Shown here piece by piece: positions 8,915 to 18,469 of a stretch of 64,000 nt of DNA. The translations under genes were made by a program, and so were the position numbers. Origin of the DNA: Mycobacteriales bacterium (GTDB lineage: Bacteria > Actinomycetota > Actinomycetes > JAFAQI01); NCBI GenBank assembly GCA_036267875.1, contig DATAVE010000160.1, positions 5,420 to 69,419 of the forward strand. Reading direction: 5' to 3'. The notes under the pieces are model-generated. The model was given only the letters and a program-made list of their open reading frames with translations, searched no databases and had not been told where the DNA came from. The first letter of the stretch is position 1; every line of letters begins with the position of its first letter.

Positions 8915-10485
8915 TGCGCACACGGTTGGTGTCGGCGACCGCGCTGGCGGCTGTCGCAGTTTTGGCCGGCTGCGGCAGCAGCGTCTCGTCGTCGCAGGCG
9001 ACGATCGGTCCCCTCAACGAAAGCCTCGGCGTACCTGGGTTCACAGTCGCGCCCGGAACGCCTGGTGCACCCATTGCAACGAGCCCCGCCACCGGCACGA
9101 CGGGGCCAGCGACGCCGACACAGTCCGCGTCACGTGGTCACGGCGCGACGTCGATCCCCACGTCCGTCGCATCGACCACAGAGATCCAGCCCAGCCAGTC
9201 TCTAGGTGGCGGTGCCACCTCGACTGCGCCGACACCGACCGGCGGGAGGACAACCTCGACGCCGGTGAAGGCGACCGGCCCGATCACGGTTGGCTTCCTT
9301 ACGACGGCGACAACCAACGCTGCTCAGTACGGCGCGTCGAACGGGAACACGGTCTCCGAGACCGGCATCGATGACGCGCTCGTCAATGCGCTCAACAAGC
9401 AGGGCGGGATCGACGGCCGGCAGCTCAAGGTCGTCTTCGCGCACACCGACACAGGCGGCAGCGACTGGGCGGGTGAGTTCCAGGCGGCCTGTTCGACGTT
9501 CACCCAGGACAACCACGTGGACGCGGTGCTGGGCTACGCGTTCGACTACGCGCCTGCGTTCGAGTCCTGCCTGGCCCAGAAGGGCATCCCGCACATCTCC
9601 GACTCCTACGCCGTCACGAGCCAAGCGGAGATGGCGAAGTATCCGCTGTACTGGTCGCTCGACACGCCGCCGATCGAGCAGCGCGAGATGGCGAAGTACG
9701 AGGGTGCCATCAAGACGGGCGTCCTTACACCCGCGAACAAGCTCGGCGTGATTCTCGACACCTGCGCGGGCAACCAGGCGGCATGGCAAGGCACGGTCCT
9801 GCCGTTCCTGCAGGCGCACCACATCAACGTTGCTCCGCCGTTCACCATTGCGTGTGGCACCGGCCAGAACGCCGGCATCGTCGCAACCGTCGGCTCGCTG
9901 ACGAACGTGTTGCTGCGGTTTCGTAGCGAGGGCGTCAACCGGATCAGCTTCGAGACGGCGGAGGGCCCGGCGCTGTTGCTCAGCAGCATCGAGGCGCAGA
10001 CGCAGGGCTATCACCCCGACTGGATCGTTTCCTCGCTCGCGGGACTTGCAGTGATCGGCGGCGAGACGCCGATCCCGCAGATGCAGAAGACCTACGGCTT
10101 CGGCTGGATACCGAGTGAAGACGTACCTCCGCAGTACGCGCCAGCCAAAGACGCGGCGCAGCTCCGGTGCCTCTCGTTGCTGCACTCGCAGAAGGAGTAT
10201 CCGAAGGCTGCTGCCGACTTCGTCTACGCCTACGACGCGTGCGAGGCGGTCTTCGTCTACGCCGATGCCCTCACGCACGACGGCGGAGACACGACCGGCA
10301 CGGCGGTGAGCCAGGCGATCGCATCGCTGGGCACGTCCTTCCAGAGCACGCTTAACCTCGGCGGCAAGTCGGACTTCTCGGCAGCGAGGCACAACGACGC
10401 TCCGATGGTCTACAAGCCGATCAACTGGGACGGCGACTGCCACTGCTTCCGCTATGGCTCGCAGACCTTCAAGATGCCGAGCTAG
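8911..10485 (+). CDS. lipoprotein, LivK-like substrate-binding protein A2 (tandem paralog)
   Basis: ATGA overlap with the upstream gene. Lipobox LAGCGSS, Thr/Pro linker, same PBP domain. C-terminal INWDGDCHCFRYGSQTFKMPS. Confidence 0.8.
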   Translation: MMRTRLVSATALAAVAVLAGCGSSVSSSQATIGPLNESLGVPGFTVAPGTPGAPIATSPATGTTGPATPTQSASRGHGATSIPTSVASTTEIQPSQSLGGGATSTAPTPTGGRTTSTPVKATGPITVGFLTTATTNAAQYGASNGNTVSETGIDDALVNALNKQGGIDGRQLKVVFAHTDTGGSDWAGEFQAACSTFTQDNHVDAVLGYAFDYAPAFESCLAQKGIPHISDSYAVTSQAEMAKYPLYWSLDTPPIEQREMAKYEGAIKTGVLTPANKLGVILDTCAGNQAAWQGTVLPFLQAHHINVAPPFTIACGTGQNAGIVATVGSLTNVLLRFRSEGVNRISFETAEGPALLLSSIEAQTQGYHPDWIVSSLAGLAVIGGETPIPQMQKTYGFGWIPSEDVPPQYAPAKDAAQLRCLSLLHSQKEYPKAAADFVYAYDACEAVFVYADALTHDGGDTTGTAVSQAIASLGTSFQSTLNLGGKSDFSAARHNDAPMVYKPINWDGDCHCFRYGSQTFKMPS

Positions 10486-10497
10486 GGGGACCGATAC

Positions 10498-11475
10498 ATG
10501 CCACGCAGCTACGGGGACCCGGACAAGCGAGGCCTGCCGCGGCACATGCGTCTCCTGTTCGGCGCGACCGAGGTGGCCCAGCGGTTCCACCTGGCTCCGT
10601 CCATGGAAGACGTGATCACCAAGCAGTCGCATGCGCAACGCCAGGTCGGCCACCCGGGATGGTGGATGACCTACCGGATCAACCCATCGGTCTCGACGTA
10701 CGAGGTCGCGATCGACAGCCGTGGCGGGCCGCTCGAGCTGCGGATCTACCGGCCGAGCAACGCCGGGCCTGAAGCGCCGATCGTCCTTTACATCCACGGC
10801 GGTGGATTCATGCTCGGCGGGCTCGAGGCGTGCGCCTGGATCTGCGGCGAGATCGCCGCGCAGACCGGCGCGGTGCTCGCCGCGGTCGAGTACCGGCTGG
10901 CTCCGGAGCACCCCTTCCCGGCCGGCCTCGACGACTGCCGCGACGCACTCGACTGGCTGGCGAAGGGGTCGCTGAGCGGCACCGATGCGAACCGCATCGC
11001 GGTTGCCGGTGACAGCGCGGGAGGCAACCTCAGCGCCGCGTTGTGCTTGGAGGCCCGGGACAGCGGCGGTCCGGCGATCGTCCACCAGACGCTGATCTAC
11101 CCGACGCTCGACTCGTCGCTGCGTGGCCAGTCGTGGGTTGACTGCGCAGGCGCCGGCGTCGACCGATCGGCCGGCGAGCAGATGTTCGAGGCGTACGCCG
11201 GTGCGGATCGAGAGAACCCGCTGGTGAGTCCGCTGCACTCGACCGATCTGTCCAACCTGCCGCCGGCGTTCATCGTCAACTCCGACTACGACGTGCTGCG
11301 CGACGACGGTTTTATGTACGCCGAGGCATTGCGTGCAGCGGGCGTCGAGGTGAGGCGCACCAACTACATCCGGGCACCCCACGGACTGCTGTCGATGCCC
11401 CGGCTTTTGCCGGTCGCCCGCCAGATGATCGCCGAGATCACCGGCGAGATCTCCCGCTACCTGCCGGTCGCCTGA
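10498..11475 (+). CDS. alpha/beta hydrolase, HSL-family esterase/lipase
   Basis: HGGGF oxyanion motif (LYIHGGGFMLGG) and GDSAGG nucleophile elbow. Confidence 0.8.
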   Translation: MPRSYGDPDKRGLPRHMRLLFGATEVAQRFHLAPSMEDVITKQSHAQRQVGHPGWWMTYRINPSVSTYEVAIDSRGGPLELRIYRPSNAGPEAPIVLYIHGGGFMLGGLEACAWICGEIAAQTGAVLAAVEYRLAPEHPFPAGLDDCRDALDWLAKGSLSGTDANRIAVAGDSAGGNLSAALCLEARDSGGPAIVHQTLIYPTLDSSLRGQSWVDCAGAGVDRSAGEQMFEAYAGADRENPLVSPLHSTDLSNLPPAFIVNSDYDVLRDDGFMYAEALRAAGVEVRRTNYIRAPHGLLSMPRLLPVARQMIAEITGEISRYLPVA

Positions 11476-11479
11476 ACCT

Positions 11480-12019
11480 ATGCAGCAGCGACGCGCCTTG
11501 CTTGCCCTGGCAGCGGGAGTGTCGCTTGCCCTGGGCGCGACGGGCTGCGCCACGAGCCTGCACGGCCTGGAGTTCCACAACGACAACCGGATGAAGATCG
11601 CCTCGCCGCATCAGAACCAGCTGGTGAGCGACCCCGTCACCCTGAGCTGGACCATGAAGGACTTCGCGGTTGCAGGTCTGGGCGATGGCCCAGTGCAGAA
11701 CGACACCGGATACTTCGCGGTCTTCATCGACCGCGCGCCGGTCAAGCCTGGGCAGACCCTTGCTTCCGTGAGCGAGAACACCCCGTCCTGCCAGCACACG
11801 ACGCTGTGTACGACGAAGTCGTATCTCGCCGGTGAGCAGGTCTACACGACAACCAAGGACGAAATCCGCCTCCCGCCGATCGCCGATCTGCTGAACAACC
11901 ACGAGTCCACGCAGTACCACCAGGCGACGGTGATCTTGATCAACACAGCAGGAGAGCGGATTAGCGAGAGTGCCTGGACGGTGGAGTTCCGGATGCACTC
12001 TTCCGGAGTGAACGACTGA
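11480..12019 (+). CDS. conserved lipoprotein of unknown function (paralog of 23525-24058)
   Basis: Lipobox LGATGCATS. The shared motif LSWTMKDF and its position immediately upstream of the MFS-LivF gene hold in both locus copies. Confidence 0.6.
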   Translation: MQQRRALLALAAGVSLALGATGCATSLHGLEFHNDNRMKIASPHQNQLVSDPVTLSWTMKDFAVAGLGDGPVQNDTGYFAVFIDRAPVKPGQTLASVSENTPSCQHTTLCTTKSYLAGEQVYTTTKDEIRLPPIADLLNNHESTQYHQATVILINTAGERISESAWTVEFRMHSSGVND

Positions 12020-14235
12020 TGGCCGCACGCAAGCAAGCCCCAGCGTCGGCGGCTGCCGCCGCGGATCGGGCTGCGGCGGAGATCGAGCAGACGAAGTCGA
12101 CGCTTCGCGAGCAGGCGCGCAGGACGCTGGGTGTCACAGGCGAGGACAGCACCGAAGCATTCAGGTTGCTGTTGCGGCGCAACCGCTTGTCGGTCTATCC
12201 GATCTTCGCCCTCGGGATGCTCTTCATCTGCGACGGTTTCCAGGGAACCGCGCTGGTCATCCTGTCGCCCAACGTCGCGGCCGCGCTGGGACTCGGCATT
12301 ACCGGGATCGGCGCGGCGCGGTCGATTGGGGCGTTTGCTGCGCTGGCATCGCCGATGCCGATGGCCGCACTGACTCAGCACAAGGCCCGACGGGCGGTGC
12401 TCTGTGTGATCACCGGGATCGCGTGGAGCTTCACGACGCTGTTCACCGGCTTCATCGTCTCCTCGCTCGGCCTGTTCGTGATCCTGGTCCTCGACGGGCT
12501 GAGCACGGGCACGGTGCTGGCACTGCATCCGCCGCTGATCATGGACAGCTACCACCCCTCGATGCGGGCGCGCGCCCTGTCGGCGTACTACGCGCTCGGT
12601 CAGTTCGGTGGCTTGGTCTGTCCGTTGCTCGTCGCGCTGCTGGCGGGCCCACTCAACCTCACCTGGCGTGGCGTCTTCCTCGTCCTCGGCCTCACCTCGC
12701 TGGCGATGTCGCTGCTGGCGGTGTTCCTGCGCGACCCGGGCTTCGGCAAGTGGGACACCGAGAAGCTCCGCGACAGTGTTCATGCCTCACACGGCGAGGG
12801 TGATCAGCTCGCCAAGGACGAGGTCGCGCTCGGCTTCTGGGAGATCGTGCGACGGGTCATGATGATCCCGACGATCAAACGCATCATGGCCTGCGCGGTC
12901 GTCCTCGGGATGTTGCTCATCCCGTTCCAGACCTACATCTCGTTCTTTCTGCTGCAGCGGTGGAACATGGACGCGAGCCACCGTGCGCTGTTCTTCGCCT
13001 ATGCCTCCGGCCTGACCATCATCGCGCTGATGATCTACGGCAGGATCGGAGAGCGGCAGTTCCGACGTACGCCGGCTCAGGTGCTTCGCGTGACGGCTTA
13101 CCTGCAGCTTGCGGGAATCGCCCTGCTGTTGTTCGGTGGGCTGTCGCCTTGGTTCGGCGGGATGCTCGCCGGCTTCGGGCTTGGCTCAGCCGTCGTCTAC
13201 ATCCTGTTTCCGGCAGTCACCCTCACGATCCTGTCGGTCGTTCCGGCGCACATGCGGGCGCACACCCAGTCGGTGTTCACGATCTTCGTCGGCTTGGGCA
13301 GTCTGCTCGGCGCGCTGCTGCTCGGCAACGTCGACGACCAGTACGGACCGACGGTGGCGATCGTCGTGATCGCTGCGGTGGGCTTCTTCGGAGCGGGACT
13401 GCTGGTGAGCGCCGCGAAGTTCGTCGTCGGGGACCTAGATCGGATGATCGACGACATCCTGGAAGAAGAGGAGATCAAGCGGATCACCGCCGCCGGCACT
13501 CACCTGCCGATGCTCGCGTGCCGCGGCATCGACTTCTCCTACGGCCAGCTCCAGGTCCTCTTCGGCGTCGACTTCACCGTCGACGACGGCGAGATGGTCG
13601 CGCTGCTCGGCACCAACGGCGCCGGCAAGTCGACGCTGTTGAAGGTCGTCTCCGGCATCGGAATCCCGAGCAAGGGCAGCGTCCGGTATCGCGGCCAGGA
13701 GATCACCTATCTCGATGCCGAGCGCCGACTTCGCCTCGGCATCACGCAGATCCCGGGCGGCCGCGCGGTGTTCGGACCGATGACGGTCCTGGAGAACCTG
13801 CGCAGCTACGGCTACAGCCTCGATGTCTCCCGGCGCGAGCTCAACCAGGCGATCGACTCCTGCTTCGAGGCATTCCCTCGGCTCCATGAGCGGCGGACGT
13901 CGCTTGCCGCCACGCTGTCCGGCGGCGAGCAGCAGATGCTCGGCCTGTCCAAGGCGTTGATGGTCAAGCCGAAGCTACTGGTCATCGACGAGCTCAGTCT
14001 CGGCCTGGCGCCGGTCATCGTCGGGCAGCTGCTCGAGATGGTGAAGCAGATCAACGCGGCAGGCACCGCCGTCGTGCTGGTCGAGCAGTCCGTGAACATC
14101 GCACTGAATCTCGTCGAGCACGCCTACTTCATGGAGAAGGGCGAGATGCGCTTCGACGGCAAGGCCGCCGACCTGCTCGCCCGTGACGATCTGCTGCGCG
14201 CAGTCTTCCTGCAAGGTGCGTCGGTGGCCGGATGA
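12019..14235 (+). CDS. fusion protein: N-terminal 12-TM MFS-like membrane domain plus C-terminal LivF-type ABC ATPase
   Basis: The first 470 aa show a 6+6 TM pattern with a central cytoplasmic loop. The C-terminus has Walker A GTNGAGKST, signature LSGGEQQMLGLSKAL and Walker B LLVIDELSLGLAP as in LivF. TGATG overlap with the upstream gene. Confidence 0.8.
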   Translation: MAARKQAPASAAAAADRAAAEIEQTKSTLREQARRTLGVTGEDSTEAFRLLLRRNRLSVYPIFALGMLFICDGFQGTALVILSPNVAAALGLGITGIGAARSIGAFAALASPMPMAALTQHKARRAVLCVITGIAWSFTTLFTGFIVSSLGLFVILVLDGLSTGTVLALHPPLIMDSYHPSMRARALSAYYALGQFGGLVCPLLVALLAGPLNLTWRGVFLVLGLTSLAMSLLAVFLRDPGFGKWDTEKLRDSVHASHGEGDQLAKDEVALGFWEIVRRVMMIPTIKRIMACAVVLGMLLIPFQTYISFFLLQRWNMDASHRALFFAYASGLTIIALMIYGRIGERQFRRTPAQVLRVTAYLQLAGIALLLFGGLSPWFGGMLAGFGLGSAVVYILFPAVTLTILSVVPAHMRAHTQSVFTIFVGLGSLLGALLLGNVDDQYGPTVAIVVIAAVGFFGAGLLVSAAKFVVGDLDRMIDDILEEEEIKRITAAGTHLPMLACRGIDFSYGQLQVLFGVDFTVDDGEMVALLGTNGAGKSTLLKVVSGIGIPSKGSVRYRGQEITYLDAERRLRLGITQIPGGRAVFGPMTVLENLRSYGYSLDVSRRELNQAIDSCFEAFPRLHERRTSLAATLSGGEQQMLGLSKALMVKPKLLVIDELSLGLAPVIVGQLLEMVKQINAAGTAVVLVEQSVNIALNLVEHAYFMEKGEMRFDGKAADLLARDDLLRAVFLQGASVAG

Positions 14236-17132
14236 AGTGGGGCCGCTGGGCGATCCGGGTCGCTGCGTTCGCTGCTGCGATTGCGGTGGCGAAGCTCGTG
14301 TTGGTCGAGTTGCACAAGCACGGACACCTCCAGACGTCCGCGACTCCGATGCAGGTCATCGTGCTGGGCGCGATGACCGGCATGACGTACGGGTTGCTCG
14401 GTGTTGGCCTGGTGCTGGTCTACCGAAGCAGCCGTGTCATCAACTTTGCGCACGGGAACATCGGCGCGTTCGGCGCCGCGCTGTTCGGTGTGATCGCCGT
14501 GAAGTGGCATGTGCCGTACTGGATTGCGTTCGTCCTGGCGATGGCGGTCTCGGGACTGGTCGGCGTCGGCACCGAGGCAGCAGCGGTACGCCGGCTTCGC
14601 AACGCGCCGTTGCTGATGAGCGTCGTCGTGACGCTCGGCATCGGGCAGTTCCTGGTCTTCTTCTCCCTCGTCATCAACTCGACGGCGGGTGCCGGCGCGA
14701 CGTACCCGAGCCCGCCGTTCATGCCTACGTTCCACGTGCAGTCGCTCTTCGTGACGCAGGCGTACTCGGGGATGCTGATCCTGTCGCCGATCGTCGTGGT
14801 CGGGCTGGCGGTCTTCCTGCGGGTGAGCAAGTTCGGGCTCGGGCTGCGTGCGGCGGCGGCCAACCAGGAAGCCGCGCGGATGGCCGGCATCTTTGCCGGC
14901 CGGATGTCGTCCCTCGCGTGGGCGATCGCCGGCGCGCTGTCGGCGTTCACAGCGATCCTCATCGCTCCGGCAGAGGGTTTCGTCAGCGGTGACTCGTTCG
15001 GGCCCGACCTGATCCTGCGGGCGATGACCGCGGCCGCGATTGGTCGGATGGACAACCTTCCGATCACGTTCTTCGCGGGTATCGGGCTTGGCGTCGTCGA
15101 GAACGTCCTGCTCTGGGACACCAGCAACTCAGACCTCGTCCAGATGGTGCTGTTCGTCGTCGTCCTCGGCGTGCTGCTGCTGCAGCGGCGGCGTGGCGGC
15201 AGAGGCGAGGAGAAGAGCAACTGGGCCTCGGTCCAGGCGCTGCGGCCACTGCCGGAGCAGCTTCGACGCCTGCCGTCGGTGCGGCTGCTCGGCCCTTTGG
15301 TCATGGTTGTCTTCTTCGGTGTGCTGGCGCTGGCGCCGCTCGCGATCGACAACAGTGGCTCGGTCACCCTCATCTACTTCATCGCGGTTGCGGTCGTCGG
15401 CTTGTCGATCAGCCTGCTGACCGGGCTCGGCGGTCAGCTCACGCTGGGACAGTTCATGGTTGCGGCGGTAGGCGCCGTCGTGTCCTTCCAGGTGTCCAGC
15501 CGGATCGGCGACTTCCCGCTGGCGCTGTTGTACGCCGGACTCGCCGCGGGCGTCGTATCGGTGCTGATCGGATTGCCGGCACTTCGGCTCCGCGGGCTGA
15601 TGCTGACGATCACGACGCTCGCATTCGCGCTCGCCGGGCCGTGGCTGCTCAGCAGGTCGTTTGCCTTGGGTGACGGGGTCAACCCCGGTGCGCCCATTGT
15701 CGATGGCCATCCGCTCGACAACGGCCACAACTACTACTACTTCGCGCTGGCCGTGTTCTTCATCTGCTTTGTCATCGCCTCGAACGTACGTCGCAGTGGT
15801 TTCGGCCGACTACTGATCGCGGTTCGCGACAACGAAGACAATGCCCGTGCGTTCGCGATCCGCGCGACGACCGCGAAGATGCAGGGCTATCTCATTGCCG
15901 GCTTCATCGCCGGCGTCGGCGGCGCGATCTACGCGCATTCGCGTACCGAGATCGACGGCTCGATCTTCGCGAGCAGGACGTCGATCGACGTTGTCGTCAT
16001 GTCGGTGCTGGGCGGCATCTCTTCGCTGGCCGGCCCGATCATCGGGTGCGCCTGGATCATCGGCATCCCCAAGATCCCGAATCTCGGCAACCTCGGGCTC
16101 GCGGCGACGTACTTCGGTGCCACGGCGATGATCCTTTGGCGACCGAACGGCCTCATCAGCTTCGTCGAGGCGCCGCGGCGCATCGTTGTCACCGCGCTCG
16201 CGCGGCTTCACGGCATCGACGGCAAGGCTGCGTTCGCCGACCAACGATCGGTCGCGGTCGTGGCGTCGACCGCCGTCGCAGCTGCCGCGATTCCCGCTCG
16301 TCCGGCCGCACCCGTCCCGCCGCAACGGCTTGCGGTGCGCCCGACGATCCTCGAGGCCCGCAGTCTGATGAAGCGCTTCGGCGGGGTGACGGCGGTCAAC
16401 GACGTGTCGTTCTCGGTCCTTGCTGGTGAGACGCTCGGTCTGATCGGCCCGAATGGCGCCGGCAAGACCACAACCTTCGAGCTGCTCGGAGGCTTCACCA
16501 AGCCCGACCGCGGATCGGTCACCTTCGAGCGGCGCGACGTGTCACACCTCGGGCCCGAGGGACGGGCGCGGCTCGGACTGATCCGATCGTTCCAGGACGC
16601 CGCGCTGTTCCCGACGATGACCGTCGAGGAGACCGTGGTTCTGGCTCAGGAGCGGATCAGCGGTACGTCGTTCATCGGGTCCGTGCTCGCCATCTCAGGT
16701 CGTAGCGAGCGGGCCAAGAAGGCGCGTGCTCGCGAGCTGATCGCGATGCTCGGCCTCGACGCCTATCGGGATCGACAGATCCGCGAACTGTCGACCGGCA
16801 CCAGGCGGATCAGCGAGATCGCGTGTCTGGTCGCACTCGAGCCGACCTGCCTACTGCTCGACGAGCCGTCCTCCGGCATCGCCCAACGCGAGACCGAGGC
16901 CCTCGGCGTTCTGCTCGACGATCTCAAGCGTCAGCTCGACCTGACACTGGTCGTGATCGAGCACGACATTCCACTGATCATGGGAATCTCCGACCGGATC
17001 GTCGCGATGGCCGACGGTGCCGTCATCGCCGAGGGGACGCCGGACGTCGTGCGCAACAACGCGATGGTGATCGACGCATACCTCGGCGGCAGCATCACCG
17101 CGATCGAGCGATCGGGGGTAGGTCGTGCGTAG
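14232..17132 (+). CDS. triple fusion LivH-like permease, LivM-like permease, LivG-like ABC ATPase (HAAT family)
   Basis: 966 aa. The N-terminus has LivH motifs (INFAHGNIGAFGA). The middle is a LivM-like 8-10 TM block, followed by an Ala/Pro linker. The C-terminal ATPase has [16 protein letters not shown] and LLLDEP. ATGA overlap with the upstream gene. Confidence 0.8.
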   Translation: MKWGRWAIRVAAFAAAIAVAKLVLVELHKHGHLQTSATPMQVIVLGAMTGMTYGLLGVGLVLVYRSSRVINFAHGNIGAFGAALFGVIAVKWHVPYWIAFVLAMAVSGLVGVGTEAAAVRRLRNAPLLMSVVVTLGIGQFLVFFSLVINSTAGAGATYPSPPFMPTFHVQSLFVTQAYSGMLILSPIVVVGLAVFLRVSKFGLGLRAAAANQEAARMAGIFAGRMSSLAWAIAGALSAFTAILIAPAEGFVSGDSFGPDLILRAMTAAAIGRMDNLPITFFAGIGLGVVENVLLWDTSNSDLVQMVLFVVVLGVLLLQRRRGGRGEEKSNWASVQALRPLPEQLRRLPSVRLLGPLVMVVFFGVLALAPLAIDNSGSVTLIYFIAVAVVGLSISLLTGLGGQLTLGQFMVAAVGAVVSFQVSSRIGDFPLALLYAGLAAGVVSVLIGLPALRLRGLMLTITTLAFALAGPWLLSRSFALGDGVNPGAPIVDGHPLDNGHNYYYFALAVFFICFVIASNVRRSGFGRLLIAVRDNEDNARAFAIRATTAKMQGYLIAGFIAGVGGAIYAHSRTEIDGSIFASRTSIDVVVMSVLGGISSLAGPIIGCAWIIGIPKIPNLGNLGLAATYFGATAMILWRPNGLISFVEAPRRIVVTALARLHGIDGKAAFADQRSVAVVASTAVAAAAIPARPAAPVPPQRLAVRPTILEARSLMKRFGGVTAVNDVSFSVLAGETLGLIGPNGAGKTTTFELLGGFTKPDRGSVTFERRDVSHLGPEGRARLGLIRSFQDAALFPTMTVEETVVLAQERISGTSFIGSVLAISGRSERAKKARARELIAMLGLDAYRDRQIRELSTGTRRISEIACLVALEPTCLLLDEPSSGIAQRETEALGVLLDDLKRQLDLTLVVIEHDIPLIMGISDRIVAMADGAVIAEGTPDVVRNNAMVIDAYLGGSITAIERSGVGRA

Positions 17133-18147
17133 CCGCCGGCTGGCGATCGCCGCGTGGGTGATGGCGTTCGGGTTTGGCGGCGTAGGCGCCGCGTCGGCGC
17201 TGCCGATTGCCGGGCACGTCAGGGTCGGCGCCCATCTCATCCGCGACAGCCGGGTCGGCGACCGCGCTGAGGCTTGGTACTCGACGCCGTCCGGCTCGCT
17301 CTGTATCCCACTGGTCGGCTGCCTGCCGCTTCCACTGCCGGTAGCGCTGCCACCGCCGTTGAGCTTCCCGGCTGGGACCCTGCATGTCGGCGTGACGCTG
17401 GGCGCTGAGTCTGCGCGCGCCTACGTCGTACCCGACCTGCCTTCCGACGTAGCGTCGCTGCCGCCAACCGGGGTGCTGATCCTGCCGGTCGACAACAGTC
17501 CGCTCGCCGGGACGTTGGACCTCGGGTCGTCGCGGATCAAGGCGTGCCTGACCACCGGGCGAGCGCCGACGCAGCCGACCGCCAAAGCGGCCAGCGCCGG
17601 CTCACCGCCGTCCGTCGATTGCACAGTGTCGACGCCGGCGAGGTACGACGCGGCGATCAAGGCGTTCCGGGTCGACCTCACGCCGTTCCTCGCAAAGTGG
17701 CAACACGGCCGAGCCGACCATGGGATCGCGCTGCTGCCTGGCTTGGCAGGCGCCAGCCGGCTGGCCGAGTGGCAGGTCGCTTTCGACGGCAGGGGATCGA
17801 CCTCGCCGACGGTCTACTCGCTGCTCGCCAACGCCGGGTCGGGCCGGCCGCCGACAACGCCGACCCCGACTCCGAGCTCCCCGCCATCGATTGCGGCCAG
17901 TCCACCTACGATCACCGTCCCGCTACCTGGCGTGAGCGGCGTCGAGCCGCCAGTCGCGCCACCCGCGATCGCGCCGTCGGCGCAAGCTGAGGTCTACCTG
18001 GTCCGCCCTACGGGCTTCCGCTATCCGGCGATCTTCATCGCCCCGCTGGCGATCCTCGCCGGCGTCGTCTTCTTCGGCCGGTTGTTCACCGGCTCGAGTG
18101 TTCGACCACGCAGAACGAGAATGGGAGCTGAGAGCAGCGATGGCTGA
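17125..18147 (+). CDS. secreted Pro/Thr-rich protein with a C-terminal TM anchor (paralog of 19445-20464)
   Basis: Signal peptide, a conserved AEAWYSTP...C..L..C block, a Pro-rich linker and a C-terminal hydrophobic helix. GTG start overlaps the LivHMG stop by 8 nt. Confidence 0.55.
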   Translation: MRSRRLAIAAWVMAFGFGGVGAASALPIAGHVRVGAHLIRDSRVGDRAEAWYSTPSGSLCIPLVGCLPLPLPVALPPPLSFPAGTLHVGVTLGAESARAYVVPDLPSDVASLPPTGVLILPVDNSPLAGTLDLGSSRIKACLTTGRAPTQPTAKAASAGSPPSVDCTVSTPARYDAAIKAFRVDLTPFLAKWQHGRADHGIALLPGLAGASRLAEWQVAFDGRGSTSPTVYSLLANAGSGRPPTTPTPTPSSPPSIAASPPTITVPLPGVSGVEPPVAPPAIAPSAQAEVYLVRPTGFRYPAIFIAPLAILAGVVFFGRLFTGSSVRPRRTRMGAESSDG

Positions 18148-18469
18148 TCTAGGTACTGAGCGTCGGCAGCCGTGGCTGCGAGCGATCACCGATCCGGCAT
18201 CGACCCTGCCCGTCTACCTGGGCGTGGTGGTCGCGGCTGTCGGGTTCGTGCTGCTCGTCATCGGCTGGTCCGACGTCGCGGGGACGGTCGACGTCGGACG
18301 GCAGATGCCGTACCTGATGTCGACCGGACTGCCGGGCATCGCGCTGGTGATGGTCGGACTGGTTGTGGTGAACATCAGCATTCGGCGTCAGGACAGCGCC
18401 GAGCGCGCCCGGCAGATGAGCGCGCTGACCGAGACGCTCGACAAGCTGCGGGCGTCGGACTCGAAGTGA
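18140..18469 (+). CDS. small 2-TM membrane protein (GW-motif family), member 1
   Basis: 109 aa with two hydrophobic helices (VVAAVGFVLLVIGWS; LPGIALVMVGLVVV) followed by an RRQD charged tail. 8-nt overlap with the upstream gene. Paralogous to 19161-19448. Confidence 0.5.
   Translation: MADLGTERRQPWLRAITDPASTLPVYLGVVVAAVGFVLLVIGWSDVAGTVDVGRQMPYLMSTGLPGIALVMVGLVVVNISIRRQDSAERARQMSALTETLDKLRASDSK

Noticed and set aside
9202-11586. 794-aa antisense ORF covering SBP A2 and the esterase
   Set aside because: It lies opposite well-supported genes and its protein is Arg/Ala/Gly-rich low-complexity with no motifs. This is a typical GC-driven spurious ORF.
15129-16522. Multiple antisense or alternate-frame ORFs (15129-15728, 15810-16325, 16208-16522) within LivHMG
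   Set aside because: No motifs. The host gene is strongly supported by homology to copy B.
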